From an uncultured archaeon (GTDB lineage: Archaea; Nanobdellota; Nanobdellia; Woesearchaeales; CAIVOO01): a stretch of DNA of 64,000 nt. Below the pieces are notes generated by a model that did not search any database, was not told where the DNA came from, and saw only the letters and a program-made list of their open reading frames with translations. Location: contig CAWJRI010000016.1 in NCBI GenBank assembly GCA_963845175.1, positions 6,670-70,669 of the forward strand, given 5' to 3'. Shown piece after piece: positions 17,318-25,893 of the stretch; positions within the stretch are counted from its first letter, which is position 1; every line of letters starts with the position of its first letter. The position numbers and the translations under genes were made by a program.

Positions 17318-17893
17318 GTGAAAGAAAAATACGAAGAAGAAAAAAAAGCAGAGGAGTTTGAGTCGAAGAACATTACCGTTCTTGCCGGACAGGAGTGCCC
17401 TGTCTGCCACAAGAAGACATGCACACTTACTGAGCTGGAAAAATACATCCCTTTCGGCGAAAAGGATGTTCTAACCTATATTTTCTCAATGAGCTGCGAA
17501 GAATGCGGCTACCATAAGGCAGATGTTGAGTTTGCACAGGAAAACGAGCCTGTGAAATACACGCTAGATATAGAATCTGAAGAGGACATGAAGATAAGGA
17601 TTGTGAAGTCAGCAGAAGCAACTGTAAAAATCCCGCACATATCCACAATCGAATCAGGACCTGCCTCAAACGGCTATGTGACAAATGTTGAGGGAGTCCT
17701 GAACAGGGTCAAGCATGCAGTGGAGATTGCAAGGGACAGCGCAGAGGAAGAGTCAGACAGGAAAAAGGCAAAGAATATGCTGAAGAAAATCCAGAAAATC
17801 ATGTGGGGCCAGGAAAAGGCAAAATTAATCATAGAAGACCCGACAGGAAACAGCGCGATTATTTCTGACAAGGCTGTGAAAAGCAAGCTTTAA
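17318..17893 (+). CDS. ZPR1-type zinc-finger protein
   Basis: CPVCHKK...(x)...CEECGYH zinc ribbon followed by a ZPR1-like beta domain. GTG start ~25 nt downstream of the TATA-like gatttataaat. Confidence 0.7.
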   Translation: MKEKYEEEKKAEEFESKNITVLAGQECPVCHKKTCTLTELEKYIPFGEKDVLTYIFSMSCEECGYHKADVEFAQENEPVKYTLDIESEEDMKIRIVKSAEATVKIPHISTIESGPASNGYVTNVEGVLNRVKHAVEIARDSAEEESDRKKAKNMLKKIQKIMWGQEKAKLIIEDPTGNSAIISDKAVKSKL

Positions 17894-17894
17894 A

Positions 17895-18236
17895 ATGCCA
17901 GATGTTATTATCTGCAACTCATTCGACGGCCCGCTTCTTTATTTGAATGGCAGGGGCTACATAAATCTGGGCGATTTCAGCCAGTGCGCTGATGAACTTC
18001 AAAAAAGGATTTCAGCTGAATTATACCAGCAGGAAAACAGCGGATTGTTCCACACCATGCCCGTCAGCGACAGCCTGCTTGAAAACATCATCTCGCTTTC
18101 CGAAGTTTCGCATATTAAAAATAAATCAATACAGACACAGATTGAAAAATTAAAAATCGAGCTAAAGGACTATTTTAAAAAATACAGGATAGAAACAGTT
18201 CACATCAGTAACCGGGGCAGATGGATTTGCAAATAA
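17895..18236 (+). CDS. hypothetical protein
   Basis: 113-aa ORF starting 1 nt after the ZPR1 stop. No recognisable motif. Confidence 0.4.
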   Translation: MPDVIICNSFDGPLLYLNGRGYINLGDFSQCADELQKRISAELYQQENSGLFHTMPVSDSLLENIISLSEVSHIKNKSIQTQIEKLKIELKDYFKKYRIETVHISNRGRWICK

Positions 18237-18239
18237 TAA

Positions 18240-18665
18240 TTATTTGTTCTTTATTATTCTTGGAACGAAAAACAGATTGTAGCAGACCATCATTATAAGA
18301 AACACCAAAATTTTGCTCGGTCCGTGGTATTCTATATCAAAAGACGAAAAGTATTTTGCGACCTGGTAATAGAATTCAGGCACGCTGTACCCAAAAATAA
18401 GATAAAGCAGAAAAAAGAAAATATTTGCCGGAAACAAAAACTCCTTTCTGAAGTTTGGAACAGTTTTTATCAAATCGATTCCAGCCTCAAGAACAATCCA
18501 GCCAGTTATTATTGCAATTCCGCCTGCGAATATGTAGTAAAAGAACTTATTCTCTTCTCCAAGCCAGAGAAGTATCGACGCGGGAATGAATGTGAATATA
18601 TGAATCAGAAAAACCGCAGTCAGCGCAGCCCTCCTTTTTGCGAAATACTTCAAAAATTCTATCAT
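18240..18665 (-). CDS. hypothetical integral membrane protein
   Basis: 141 aa with 4 hydrophobic segments. Low GC. Last gene of the minus-strand superoperon. Confidence 0.5.
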   Translation of the reverse strand: MIEFLKYFAKRRAALTAVFLIHIFTFIPASILLWLGEENKFFYYIFAGGIAIITGWIVLEAGIDLIKTVPNFRKEFLFPANIFFFLLYLIFGYSVPEFYYQVAKYFSSFDIEYHGPSKILVFLIMMVCYNLFFVPRIIKNK

Positions 18666-18697
18666 TAAAAATAGTTATATTTTTATTATTTATAAAT

Positions 18698-18880
18698 CTA
18701 ATCCTGGACCTTAATCGCTCCCTTTGGGCACTGCACCTCGCACGCCCTGCAGCCGATGCACTCATTCTCGTCAACTGCCTCGACTTTGCCCTTAACCTTT
18801 CCGAATACTTCCTTGGGGCAGATTTTCACGCATTCCCCGCAGCAGTTGCACTTCTTGGAATCAATCACTGGTTTCGGCAT
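18698..18880 (-). CDS. 2x[4Fe-4S] ferredoxin
   Basis: CNCCGECVKICP and CIGCRACEVQCP motifs. I prefer the ATG at 18880 (MPKPVID...) because the longer ORF overlaps the eS1 tail. Confidence 0.75.
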   Translation of the reverse strand: MPKPVIDSKKCNCCGECVKICPKEVFGKVKGKVEAVDENECIGCRACEVQCPKGAIKVQD

Positions 18881-19649
18881 TTTTAGAAATAGCTTTCTTT
18901 TTTGGCTTTTCAGCTTCGCCAACAGCAGCTTCTTCCTCAGCTTTTGGCTTCGCTTCACGCTTCTTCTTTTCCTTTTTTACTTCATCTGCAGGCTGCTCAA
19001 TCTTTATTTCCTCTTTCTTCTCCTCAATTTTTTCCTCAACCTTCACAACAGCAGCCTCAGGCGCCCCTTTCTTATCCTCAATTATCTCCATGACTCTTAT
19101 TTCAGATGTCCTAAGAGGCACAACCTTTCTAAGGGTGGCAGCTATGTTTTTCTGCAGCCTGTTTGAAATAATTTCCTCTATTAATATATCATAAGTCATC
19201 TTGCTTACGGCATCCCTCAATGTTGCCCTTGCAAGCTTTCCAAGCAGCGTCTCCCTTGAGCCATTGACTTTGTGCGCAGTCATCAAAAACGGCTTTATTT
19301 TCACAGAAATCCCGTCTGATGTTTTGCAGATAAAGGAATCATCAATCCTTGTCCTGTCTTTCCTGACGCATCTTCTTATGAACGAAGGCACTATCTCATA
19401 TTTTATCAGCCTTGTCATAAGCTTGTTGTCCTGAACCCCGATTATCTTGAATGTCACATTCACGTTCTGCTTCTTGACATCGCCGATTACAGCAGCAAGG
19501 CTTATGTTGACTGTCCTGTTGACTGCTTCTTCAATTGTAAGCGCAGGCGTCTCACCTATAAATGCACCCCTTAATGCAGCCGGAGCTATTATTTGCCACC
19601 ATTTCTTCATTCTCCAGACATCAATTGTTTTTGTTGCTGCTACAGCCAT
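18861..19649 (-). CDS. rps3ae: 30S ribosomal protein eS1 (S3Ae) with K/E-rich C-terminal tail
   Basis: KKWWQIIAP..., KFKIIGVQDNK-type core, and VKIKPFLMT. ~70 aa of EEK/KKE low-complexity tail. Confidence 0.9.
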   Translation of the reverse strand: MAVAATKTIDVWRMKKWWQIIAPAALRGAFIGETPALTIEEAVNRTVNISLAAVIGDVKKQNVNVTFKIIGVQDNKLMTRLIKYEIVPSFIRRCVRKDRTRIDDSFICKTSDGISVKIKPFLMTAHKVNGSRETLLGKLARATLRDAVSKMTYDILIEEIISNRLQKNIAATLRKVVPLRTSEIRVMEIIEDKKGAPEAAVVKVEEKIEEKKEEIKIEQPADEVKKEKKKREAKPKAEEEAAVGEAEKPKKKAISKNAETSD

Positions 19650-19651
19650 TT

Positions 19652-19855
19652 TTATTTCTCGTTCACTTGGGGCCTTTTTATAGTTATCGGAATTATGCCC
19701 TTTTCAAACTCCTTTTTTGCTATTTCTATTGGATTGTATCTTAGATCCTCAAGGTCCTTTTCAGATAATTTCATCAGAAAAGGGGCTCCCATTGATATCT
19801 GCAGCGCCCTTGTCCCGATTATTCTGGCTTTCTCATATTTTGTAAGCTCACTCAT
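19652..19855 (-). CDS. rpo6: DNA-directed RNA polymerase subunit Rpo6 (RpoK)
   Basis: LTKYEKARIIGTRALQISMGAP...NPIEIAKKEF..G.IP. Confidence 0.85.
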   Translation of the reverse strand: MSELTKYEKARIIGTRALQISMGAPFLMKLSEKDLEDLRYNPIEIAKKEFEKGIIPITIKRPQVNEK

Positions 19856-20277
19856 TCCAGCACCTTCCTTAAATCGTCTGCTGTCTTCATCCCTATCTCA
19901 ACCATCTTGTCAATGTCTTCAATAGAGATTGGCACATTCCCGCCCTTCTGAAGCGAACAAAGTTTTTTGTCGGTTGATGCAATGGTAAGCCTCGCGTCAA
20001 TTATTTTTTCTTCTGTTGTAAGCGGGTCAACTATGAAGTTGCTGCCTATCTTGCACACAGTGACTGAAATCGGCTCGTTTGTCAAAGGCAGTTTCTTGGT
20101 TGTCTTTGACTTGTAATCAATGTTTTCGCCGTCCAGTTTTGGGAAGACAGCGTTCTTCAGCGCAGCGAGCGCTGCAAGCGAAGAAGCATCTATGAGATTG
20201 CCTTCGTCGTTGATTGTAACGATGTCAATGCACACCATCCAGCATTTTTCTCCTTCCTTTATGCAGAGCTTCTTCAC
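19852..20277 (-). CDS. rrp42: exosome complex component Rrp42, C-terminal part (split/frameshifted)
   Basis: Starts at GTG: (V)KKLCIKEGEKCWMVCIDIVTINDEGNLIDASSLAALAALKN is the second half of the RNase PH domain. The frame is shifted by 1 nt relative to the upstream part. Confidence 0.8.
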   Translation of the reverse strand: MKKLCIKEGEKCWMVCIDIVTINDEGNLIDASSLAALAALKNAVFPKLDGENIDYKSKTTKKLPLTNEPISVTVCKIGSNFIVDPLTTEEKIIDARLTIASTDKKLCSLQKGGNVPISIEDIDKMVEIGMKTADDLRKVLE

Positions 20278-20278
20278 G

Positions 20279-20638
20279 TCAATCGCCTTTGACTTCCCTT
20301 ATGCCCCTGTCGACAACCCTTGCAAGCTCGACAGCCTGTATGTCGGGCGGTCCTGCCTCGAATTCAGGGTTTGACATTGGCGAAAGCTCAGCCTCAACCA
20401 TCATCGAGCCCTCGTTAGGCCTGTCAGCGTAAGGTGTGCCCACTGCAAGCTTCACTCCGGCAAGAACCTCTGTCCCGCCGAATTTCACTCTTGCAGAGCC
20501 CTCTGCATTCTTTGAAATGCCGTATTCAACTTCTATCTTTCTTGTTTCAAGAAGTTTTCTTCCATCGATCCTTAAGTTTTCACTCAGTGATTTTAAAATA
20601 TCTTCTCTGTCCATTTTATTCACCGTTCTCCTCTTCAA
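20279..20638 (-). CDS. rrp42: exosome complex component Rrp42, N-terminal part (split/frameshifted)
   Basis: LRIDGRKLLETRKIEVEYG...AEGSARVKFGGTEVLAGVK...ARVVDRGIRE, then a premature TGA. The canonical continuation SKAIDVKKLCI is readable in the +1 frame. Confidence 0.8.
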   Translation of the reverse strand: MKRRTVNKMDREDILKSLSENLRIDGRKLLETRKIEVEYGISKNAEGSARVKFGGTEVLAGVKLAVGTPYADRPNEGSMMVEAELSPMSNPEFEAGPPDIQAVELARVVDRGIREVKGD

Positions 20639-21332
20639 TAACCTTGTACTTATTCTTCAAGGCTTTCTTCTGCTCTTCGAATATTTTCTTTACGCCTTCC
20701 TGCGCCATCTTGAGCGCAGTGTTGAGCTGTTCTTTGGTAATCAATCCGTCCATCTGAAGCAGCGCTATCTGCCCGGTTCGCTGGACTATTGCGACAGGTA
20801 TGTCAACGCCGTCCTCGTGCGAATCCTCCTCGTAGTTCAGGTCCATAATAATTTTGTCCTCGACCCTTCCCACCGACAATGCCGCAATCATGTCCTTCAT
20901 CGGTATGCCTGCATCCGCAAGCGCGATTGAAGCTGCGCAGATTCCCGCGCATCTTGTTCCCGCATCTGTCTGCGGAAGCGCTATGAAAACATCGACAACT
21001 GAGTTCGGGAATTCCTCGAGATTCACAACAGACGTCAATGCCTTTTCAATAACCATTGAAATCTCCTTTGACCTCCTGCTTGGACCCGGCCTGACCCTCT
21101 CTCCTGCGCTCGAAAACGGCATCATTGAGTAATAGACTCTTATGATACCCACCTTCGGGTTCTGCATGAATTTTGGGTAAAGGCTTCTTGGCCCGTGAAC
21201 AGCAGCGTATGCTGAAGTGTTGCCCATCCTGAAAAAAGCTGAGCCGTCGGCGCGCGGGATAACCCCCGCCTTTGCCTCCATTGGCCTCAGCTCGTCAAAT
21301 TTTCTTCCGTCAAATCTTTTTGAGTATGTCAT
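20616..21332 (-). CDS. rrp41: exosome complex exonuclease Rrp41 (RNase PH)
   Basis: RFDGRKFDELRPMEAKAGVIPRADGSAFFRMGNTSAYAAVHGPR and DAGTRCAGI. Confidence 0.9.
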   Translation of the reverse strand: MTYSKRFDGRKFDELRPMEAKAGVIPRADGSAFFRMGNTSAYAAVHGPRSLYPKFMQNPKVGIIRVYYSMMPFSSAGERVRPGPSRRSKEISMVIEKALTSVVNLEEFPNSVVDVFIALPQTDAGTRCAGICAASIALADAGIPMKDMIAALSVGRVEDKIIMDLNYEEDSHEDGVDIPVAIVQRTGQIALLQMDGLITKEQLNTALKMAQEGVKKIFEEQKKALKNKYKVIEEENGE

Positions 21333-21334
21333 TT

Positions 21335-22105
21335 TTATCTCTCCCTGCGCATTTCATCGTTTCTGCCCGCAAAAGTGCGCACTTCCTCATTCCTGACTTC
21401 TTCTCTTGCCTCTATCTTTTTTCCTGTTTTTTTCTCAAGGAAATTCTTTATCTTTTCTGTCAGTCCGCTCATGTGAGCCTCATCCTCTATCTTCTTTATA
21501 GTCTCAACTGCGAGCAATTCCATCTTCGGCTCGCCAGCCAGCCACAGCAGTCCGTTCTGCCCGACAATTATCTTGCAGCCGGTTGCGTCCTTGACCATGC
21601 TTATCATCGAGCCCTGCTTGCCTATGATTCTTGGAACCTTGTTAGTGTTTATCTGGATTATTCTTCCGCCGACAAGCTTCCTCAGGCCCGGGCCTTTCAT
21701 TGTGATGTCAATAAGCTTCTGTGATGTAACATTGAATATGCTTGTAACAATGTAGTCATCAATGTCAAAGAACTGAATCAGGTCAGCGCCTCTATTTACA
21801 AACTCTGATGTTGCGTCCTTTATTGACAGCATTGCAGGGTAGGCTGAGTTTGTGTCAACTCTCCATCCTGAATATGAGACATCAACAATCTTTCCGATTA
21901 TCATGTCCCCTTTCCTTGGGCTGTATCTTCCTGACAAGGGAGTTATCCTTATTATTTTGCCGTCGACGTTCACCATTCCGAGCCTCGACGCCACGATTTT
22001 GTCCTTGTCCCTGTATGTCCCGAACGAAGGCAGAAAGTCCATTCCGCTTGCCAGCTCCTCGCCGGGCACAACTATGCTTTTGTTTTTTGTTAAAAGCTCA
22101 CTCAT
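21335..22105 (-). CDS. rrp4: exosome complex RNA-binding protein Rrp4 (S1 + KH)
   Basis: VVPGEELA, an S1 region (GDMIIGKIVDVSYSGWRVD) and a KH region (VPRIIGKQGSMISMVKDATGCKIIVGQNG). ~35-aa charged tail. Confidence 0.9.
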   Translation of the reverse strand: MSELLTKNKSIVVPGEELASGMDFLPSFGTYRDKDKIVASRLGMVNVDGKIIRITPLSGRYSPRKGDMIIGKIVDVSYSGWRVDTNSAYPAMLSIKDATSEFVNRGADLIQFFDIDDYIVTSIFNVTSQKLIDITMKGPGLRKLVGGRIIQINTNKVPRIIGKQGSMISMVKDATGCKIIVGQNGLLWLAGEPKMELLAVETIKKIEDEAHMSGLTEKIKNFLEKKTGKKIEAREEVRNEEVRTFAGRNDEMRRER

Positions 22106-22113
22106 TTTTCCTC

Positions 22114-22845
22114 CTATTTGCTTCTTATAACTTTAATCTCTGCCTCTCCATGCGTCAGCGAGTTAATCTTTTCGAAAAACTCGTCCTGCATGCCCGCGGG
22201 CAAATCAGCTGTGCAGCTCAAAGAGCCGTCGGCGTTCCATTTTTCGCCTGTCACTTTAGCAAGCTGTTTTATCACTCCATGCGCCCTTGATGCATGTTTG
22301 AGAGGCACGTTTATTTCAAATTCTTTTATTTCGAATTTTATCGGCAGGATAGCCCGCAACTCTTTTATTATTTCCTGCAGCTGGTCCTCAGCCGCCTTGT
22401 TGTCGTCTATCCTCACCTTAGCTTCCCTCATCGCGTTTTCAATCCTTGTTGCCGGATGCGGGAGCTCTGTCTTTGAATCCACGCAATTTTGATGTATTAA
22501 ATCAACTATTCTCTTTCTTTTTACTTCCCTCTGCTCCTCTCTGAATTTTTCAGAGACCTGTATAAGCCCTTCCTTGATTATTTTTTCTGCGATTTTCAGG
22601 TGGTCAGCTGTGCCGAATGCTTCCTTCATCTCAGTTTCTGTCGGCCTCAGCCCCTTTTTCGCGTCTCTGAAAACGCCCTCGTTCTTCAGGACATCCCGTA
22701 CATCGGAAATCTGCCCGTTCCTGAATTTCATTGCAAGGTCAGGGTCTATGACAACTTCAAAATGATTTGACTTGCCCTTGCTGTACCTTGCCACATTTAT
22801 GTGCGGCTGGTCTCCGTACAGGTTTTTTGCAAATCCCTTTGTCAT
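22114..22845 (-). CDS. sdo1: SBDS-family ribosome maturation protein
   Basis: ARYSKGKSNHFEVVIDPDLAMKFRNG...VFRDAKKG. Conserved position between psmA and rrp4. Confidence 0.9.
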   Translation of the reverse strand: MTKGFAKNLYGDQPHINVARYSKGKSNHFEVVIDPDLAMKFRNGQISDVRDVLKNEGVFRDAKKGLRPTETEMKEAFGTADHLKIAEKIIKEGLIQVSEKFREEQREVKRKRIVDLIHQNCVDSKTELPHPATRIENAMREAKVRIDDNKAAEDQLQEIIKELRAILPIKFEIKEFEINVPLKHASRAHGVIKQLAKVTGEKWNADGSLSCTADLPAGMQDEFFEKINSLTHGEAEIKVIRSK

Positions 22846-22849
22846 GTTA

Positions 22850-23581
22850 TCACTTCTTCTTTATCTGCGCAAAAATGCCTTCTACTTCTTTTCTTGTCAG
22901 CCTTGTGAACTTCGGCTTGTCTAACTTTATGTACGCAGCGTCAATCCTGTCAATGTCAAAGTTATTGTCAAGTATCTTTACAAGCGCCCTGACTCCGAGC
23001 TTCAAAGCCTCGTCGACAGTTATGCTTTCCTTGTATTCCTTTGTAAGTATCTCCTCAACCTCTGTCTCTCCTTCGCCGATTGCAGCTGCCCTGTACCTGA
23101 AATAGATTCCGATTGGATCTGTCTCATATAGGATAGGTCCTGTTTCGTCAATGCCTGCAACCAGCAGCGAAACTCCGAAAGGCCTAAGCCCGCCGGACTG
23201 CGTGCATATCTGCTTCAAATCGCAGATGTTCTTCACGATCTCTGAAACATCAATCGCATTGTCGTATGTAACGCGGTGCTGCTGCGCTTCCAGCTGCGCC
23301 CTTTCAACAAGGACGCGCGCGTCTGACAATATTCCCGAAGCAGTCGCGCCGACATGCTCGTCAATCTGCCAGATTTTCTCAACAGCTTCTGTGACTATTA
23401 ATTTGTCAGCAATTCTTTTGTCTGCAATCAAAACAACTCCGTCTTTGCAGACAATCCCCAAAGCGGTGTTTCCTAATTTTACTGTTTTCTTGGCGTATTC
23501 GACCTGGAGCAATCTGCCATCTGGCGAGAACATTGTTATTGCCCTGTCATACCCCATCATCTGATGCTGTACTGGTTGCAT
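22850..23581 (-). CDS. psmA: proteasome subunit alpha
   Basis: GYDRAITMFSPDGRLLQVEYA. I prefer the ATG at 23581, 1 nt after the Pop5 stop. Confidence 0.9.
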   Translation of the reverse strand: MQPVQHQMMGYDRAITMFSPDGRLLQVEYAKKTVKLGNTALGIVCKDGVVLIADKRIADKLIVTEAVEKIWQIDEHVGATASGILSDARVLVERAQLEAQQHRVTYDNAIDVSEIVKNICDLKQICTQSGGLRPFGVSLLVAGIDETGPILYETDPIGIYFRYRAAAIGEGETEVEEILTKEYKESITVDEALKLGVRALVKILDNNFDIDRIDAAYIKLDKPKFTRLTRKEVEGIFAQIKKK

Positions 23582-23582
23582 T

Positions 23583-23921
23583 TTACACCTCACCTATTTT
23601 TTTCTCGATCTTGTTTAGCATGCCTGAAACAGCTACACTTCTTATCTGAATGCTGGACAATGCCAATGATGCCTTTAAATGGTCAAGATATTTATTATTT
23701 ACCTTTATTATGCCTGTCTTGCCGTTGAATTTTTCAGGGAATATATGAATCTGGGCATTTGCAAGGCTTAAATCTCCTATTAATTTTGACGCATTTCGCA
23801 TTATTTCAGCTGAAATAGCATTAAAATCGCTTTTTATGCCTTTTTGCATTATTTCAAAGCCCAAATATCGCTTTTTTTCCCGCAAACTCGGTAAAATCGG
23901 CTTTATTTTCTTAATTTTCAT
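23583..23921 (-). CDS. rnp2: RNase P protein component 2 (Pop5/Rnp2)
   Basis: LPSLREKKRYLGFEI start. 112 aa. First gene of the archaeal exosome/proteasome superoperon. Confidence 0.75.
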   Translation of the reverse strand: MKIKKIKPILPSLREKKRYLGFEIMQKGIKSDFNAISAEIMRNASKLIGDLSLANAQIHIFPEKFNGKTGIIKVNNKYLDHLKASLALSSIQIRSVAVSGMLNKIEKKIGEV

Positions 23922-24096
23922 CTTTTTGCTGTAAAACGGTTTTCATTAACCGAGAAAATAAGATTTTGTCTTTTTTCTCCCTTTTCCCGTGCAATGTGTG
24001 AAAAGTTGGAGAGGTTTATAAGTATTGCGGTTTATATACTGGGGGTAAGGAGCATATATAAAAATAAGCTCATTATCTTAATGATGGGGAAGAATA

Positions 24097-25299
24097 ATGA
24101 AAACCAATCCAATACAAAGGGCGCTGGAATTAAGAGAAACTTTAATTGAAGATGACCGAGTCTTAGTTGCAGATTTCAGCGGGACATTGCAGGGCAAGGA
24201 CACTTCAAAAGTTATCGACCTTATGCCAATTGTAGGAACTGAATATTTTCCTTTTAGAACAAAAGTCAATGTCAAGGAGTTAGACCCATTGGCTTCAGAA
24301 ACATACGGCACCGAATTCTTCAATGCATCTAAAAAAATAGACGAGGAAATTGAATCTTTTGTCAGAAGGCAGGAGTTTGACTTTCCGCTGTGGTTCAAAA
24401 ATGAAAAGCAGTTCAGGATGAACCAGGTGCAATTTTATAACTCGCCTTTCATCCTTCAAATAGCCGGATGCAATTTTCATGACGGCAGCTCCTCTGGAGG
24501 CTGCTGGTATTGCTTTGTGGATGACAAAAGCAACGATGGAAAGTCAGGCGCTGGAAAAGTCCAGCTGAGCATTGATGAAACAATTGACAGCATGCTAAGC
24601 GCCAGGGAAAAAATCAGGGAACAGTACTGCGCAGCCGGGCATGAAATGGATTTGAGAGTTCTTAGGGTATCTGGTGGCGAACCCACCATAGCATTGGATT
24701 GGATATTGAACCTTTGGCGGGAAATTGAGAGGAGAGGGCTTGATTTTGTCGGGCAGTTGGACAGCAACCTTTCCACAGCAAGTGTTGTTGAATATTTTGA
24801 GAAAAAGGGGATTTTCGAGGCAAATACACTGGAGAAACTTGCGCAGTATCCTGTAAAAGTCCTTACTGCATTGAAGGGAGTGGATGAAGAGAATCTGCAG
24901 AGCAATGTGCAGTCTGAGACAACCTTGGCAGACCAGGAGCAGTCTCTGAAAAAATTTGTTAACGCAGGCTTTGAAATATTCCCGCAGTTGTACAATCCCA
25001 ATCCAGCAACATTAGAGGCATATTTGGAAAGGATTGACTCCGTTATTGAAAATCTCGCGTTAAGAATCCACGTCGGCCCACTGAAAGTTTATGGGCCAAC
25101 ATCATACAGACTGTCGCTGGAAGCCCGAAGGCGTGGCGTTGAAGAAGAAGGATTCATCAAAAAGCAAAAGGAATTGTGGGATTCAAATTATCGCAGGAGC
25201 TGCGAGGTTTTGGACAAATACCTGAGAGAGAAATATGGCGTCGGCTACAAAGAGGTAACGCGCGCAGATGTCAGGGTTAAAGTAAACAAATTGCTCTAA
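24097..25299 (+). CDS. radical-SAM-like enzyme with expanded cluster loop (C-x10-C-x2-C) and an unknown N-terminal domain
   Basis: AGCNFHDGSSSGGCWYCF (Cys125/136/139, nt 24469-24513), then RVSGGEPT at aa 190-197 (SAM-binding GGE motif) and DSNLS. The N-terminal ~120 aa has no recognisable motif. Confidence 0.55.
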   Translation: MKTNPIQRALELRETLIEDDRVLVADFSGTLQGKDTSKVIDLMPIVGTEYFPFRTKVNVKELDPLASETYGTEFFNASKKIDEEIESFVRRQEFDFPLWFKNEKQFRMNQVQFYNSPFILQIAGCNFHDGSSSGGCWYCFVDDKSNDGKSGAGKVQLSIDETIDSMLSAREKIREQYCAAGHEMDLRVLRVSGGEPTIALDWILNLWREIERRGLDFVGQLDSNLSTASVVEYFEKKGIFEANTLEKLAQYPVKVLTALKGVDEENLQSNVQSETTLADQEQSLKKFVNAGFEIFPQLYNPNPATLEAYLERIDSVIENLALRIHVGPLKVYGPTSYRLSLEARRRGVEEEGFIKKQKELWDSNYRRSCEVLDKYLREKYGVGYKEVTRADVRVKVNKLL

Positions 25300-25301
25300 A
25301 C

Positions 25302-25880
25302 ATGTACAGCGCAACACAGATTGTCGGGGATTTTTTCGAGAGAAAAGTAATGAGGATATTTGAATTGGAAAGGACAGACCCTGGTGCATTGGGGGTTGCG
25401 CCTGACTTGATTTCCAGAGATAGTTCTTTTTATGTTGAAGTAAAGGCATCTGCGTACAACAACGGCGGCGTAATCAACAGGGGGCAACTATACAGGTTTG
25501 ACGAGGACATAGGTGTGAGGCGATTTTACGCCTTTGCTTACCATTCGATTGCAAGAGACATGCAGAGAAATTACCTGACAGAAAAAATGCTGAGGAATGC
25601 CCTGAAGCTAAGGTCATTGTTTTTGTTTCCATTCAGTGTAACAAAGGCACACTTTGAAAATTCCAAAATAAGGAAAAATCCAAAGCACGACGATTTCGTG
25701 CAGCTGAGGGAGAGCCTGGCGCAGAGAATTTTTGAATTAGACGAAGAGGCATGGGAGCATTTGGGTCTCAAAAAGAAGGATTATAAAATGATAAGACCGC
25801 ACGAAAAAATCTACATAGTGACCAGAAACGGGCATTTGGAGCAGCAAATTTTAGATTCATTTTACCCCGAATTGATTTAG
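25302..25880 (+). CDS. PD-(D/E)xK nuclease, Hjc-like motif arrangement, with C-terminal extension
   Basis: Starts 2 nt after the upstream stop. GDFFERKV (E13)...GVAPDLIS (D35)...FYVEVKAS (E46, K48), followed by RGQLYRF...RFYAFAYH, as in Holliday-junction resolvase Hjc. 192 aa versus ~130-145 for Hjc. Confidence 0.5.
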   Translation: MYSATQIVGDFFERKVMRIFELERTDPGALGVAPDLISRDSSFYVEVKASAYNNGGVINRGQLYRFDEDIGVRRFYAFAYHSIARDMQRNYLTEKMLRNALKLRSLFLFPFSVTKAHFENSKIRKNPKHDDFVQLRESLAQRIFELDEEAWEHLGLKKKDYKMIRPHEKIYIVTRNGHLEQQILDSFYPELI

Positions 25881-25893
25881 GCAATCCAAAAAT

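Noticed and set aside
24477-25001. 174-aa minus-strand ORF overlapping the radical-SAM-like gene
   Set aside because: It has no motifs and a Ser/Phe/Leu-rich composition. The plus-strand ORF carries the Cys cluster and GGE motif and is followed by a tightly coupled gene, so the minus ORF is treated as a shadow.
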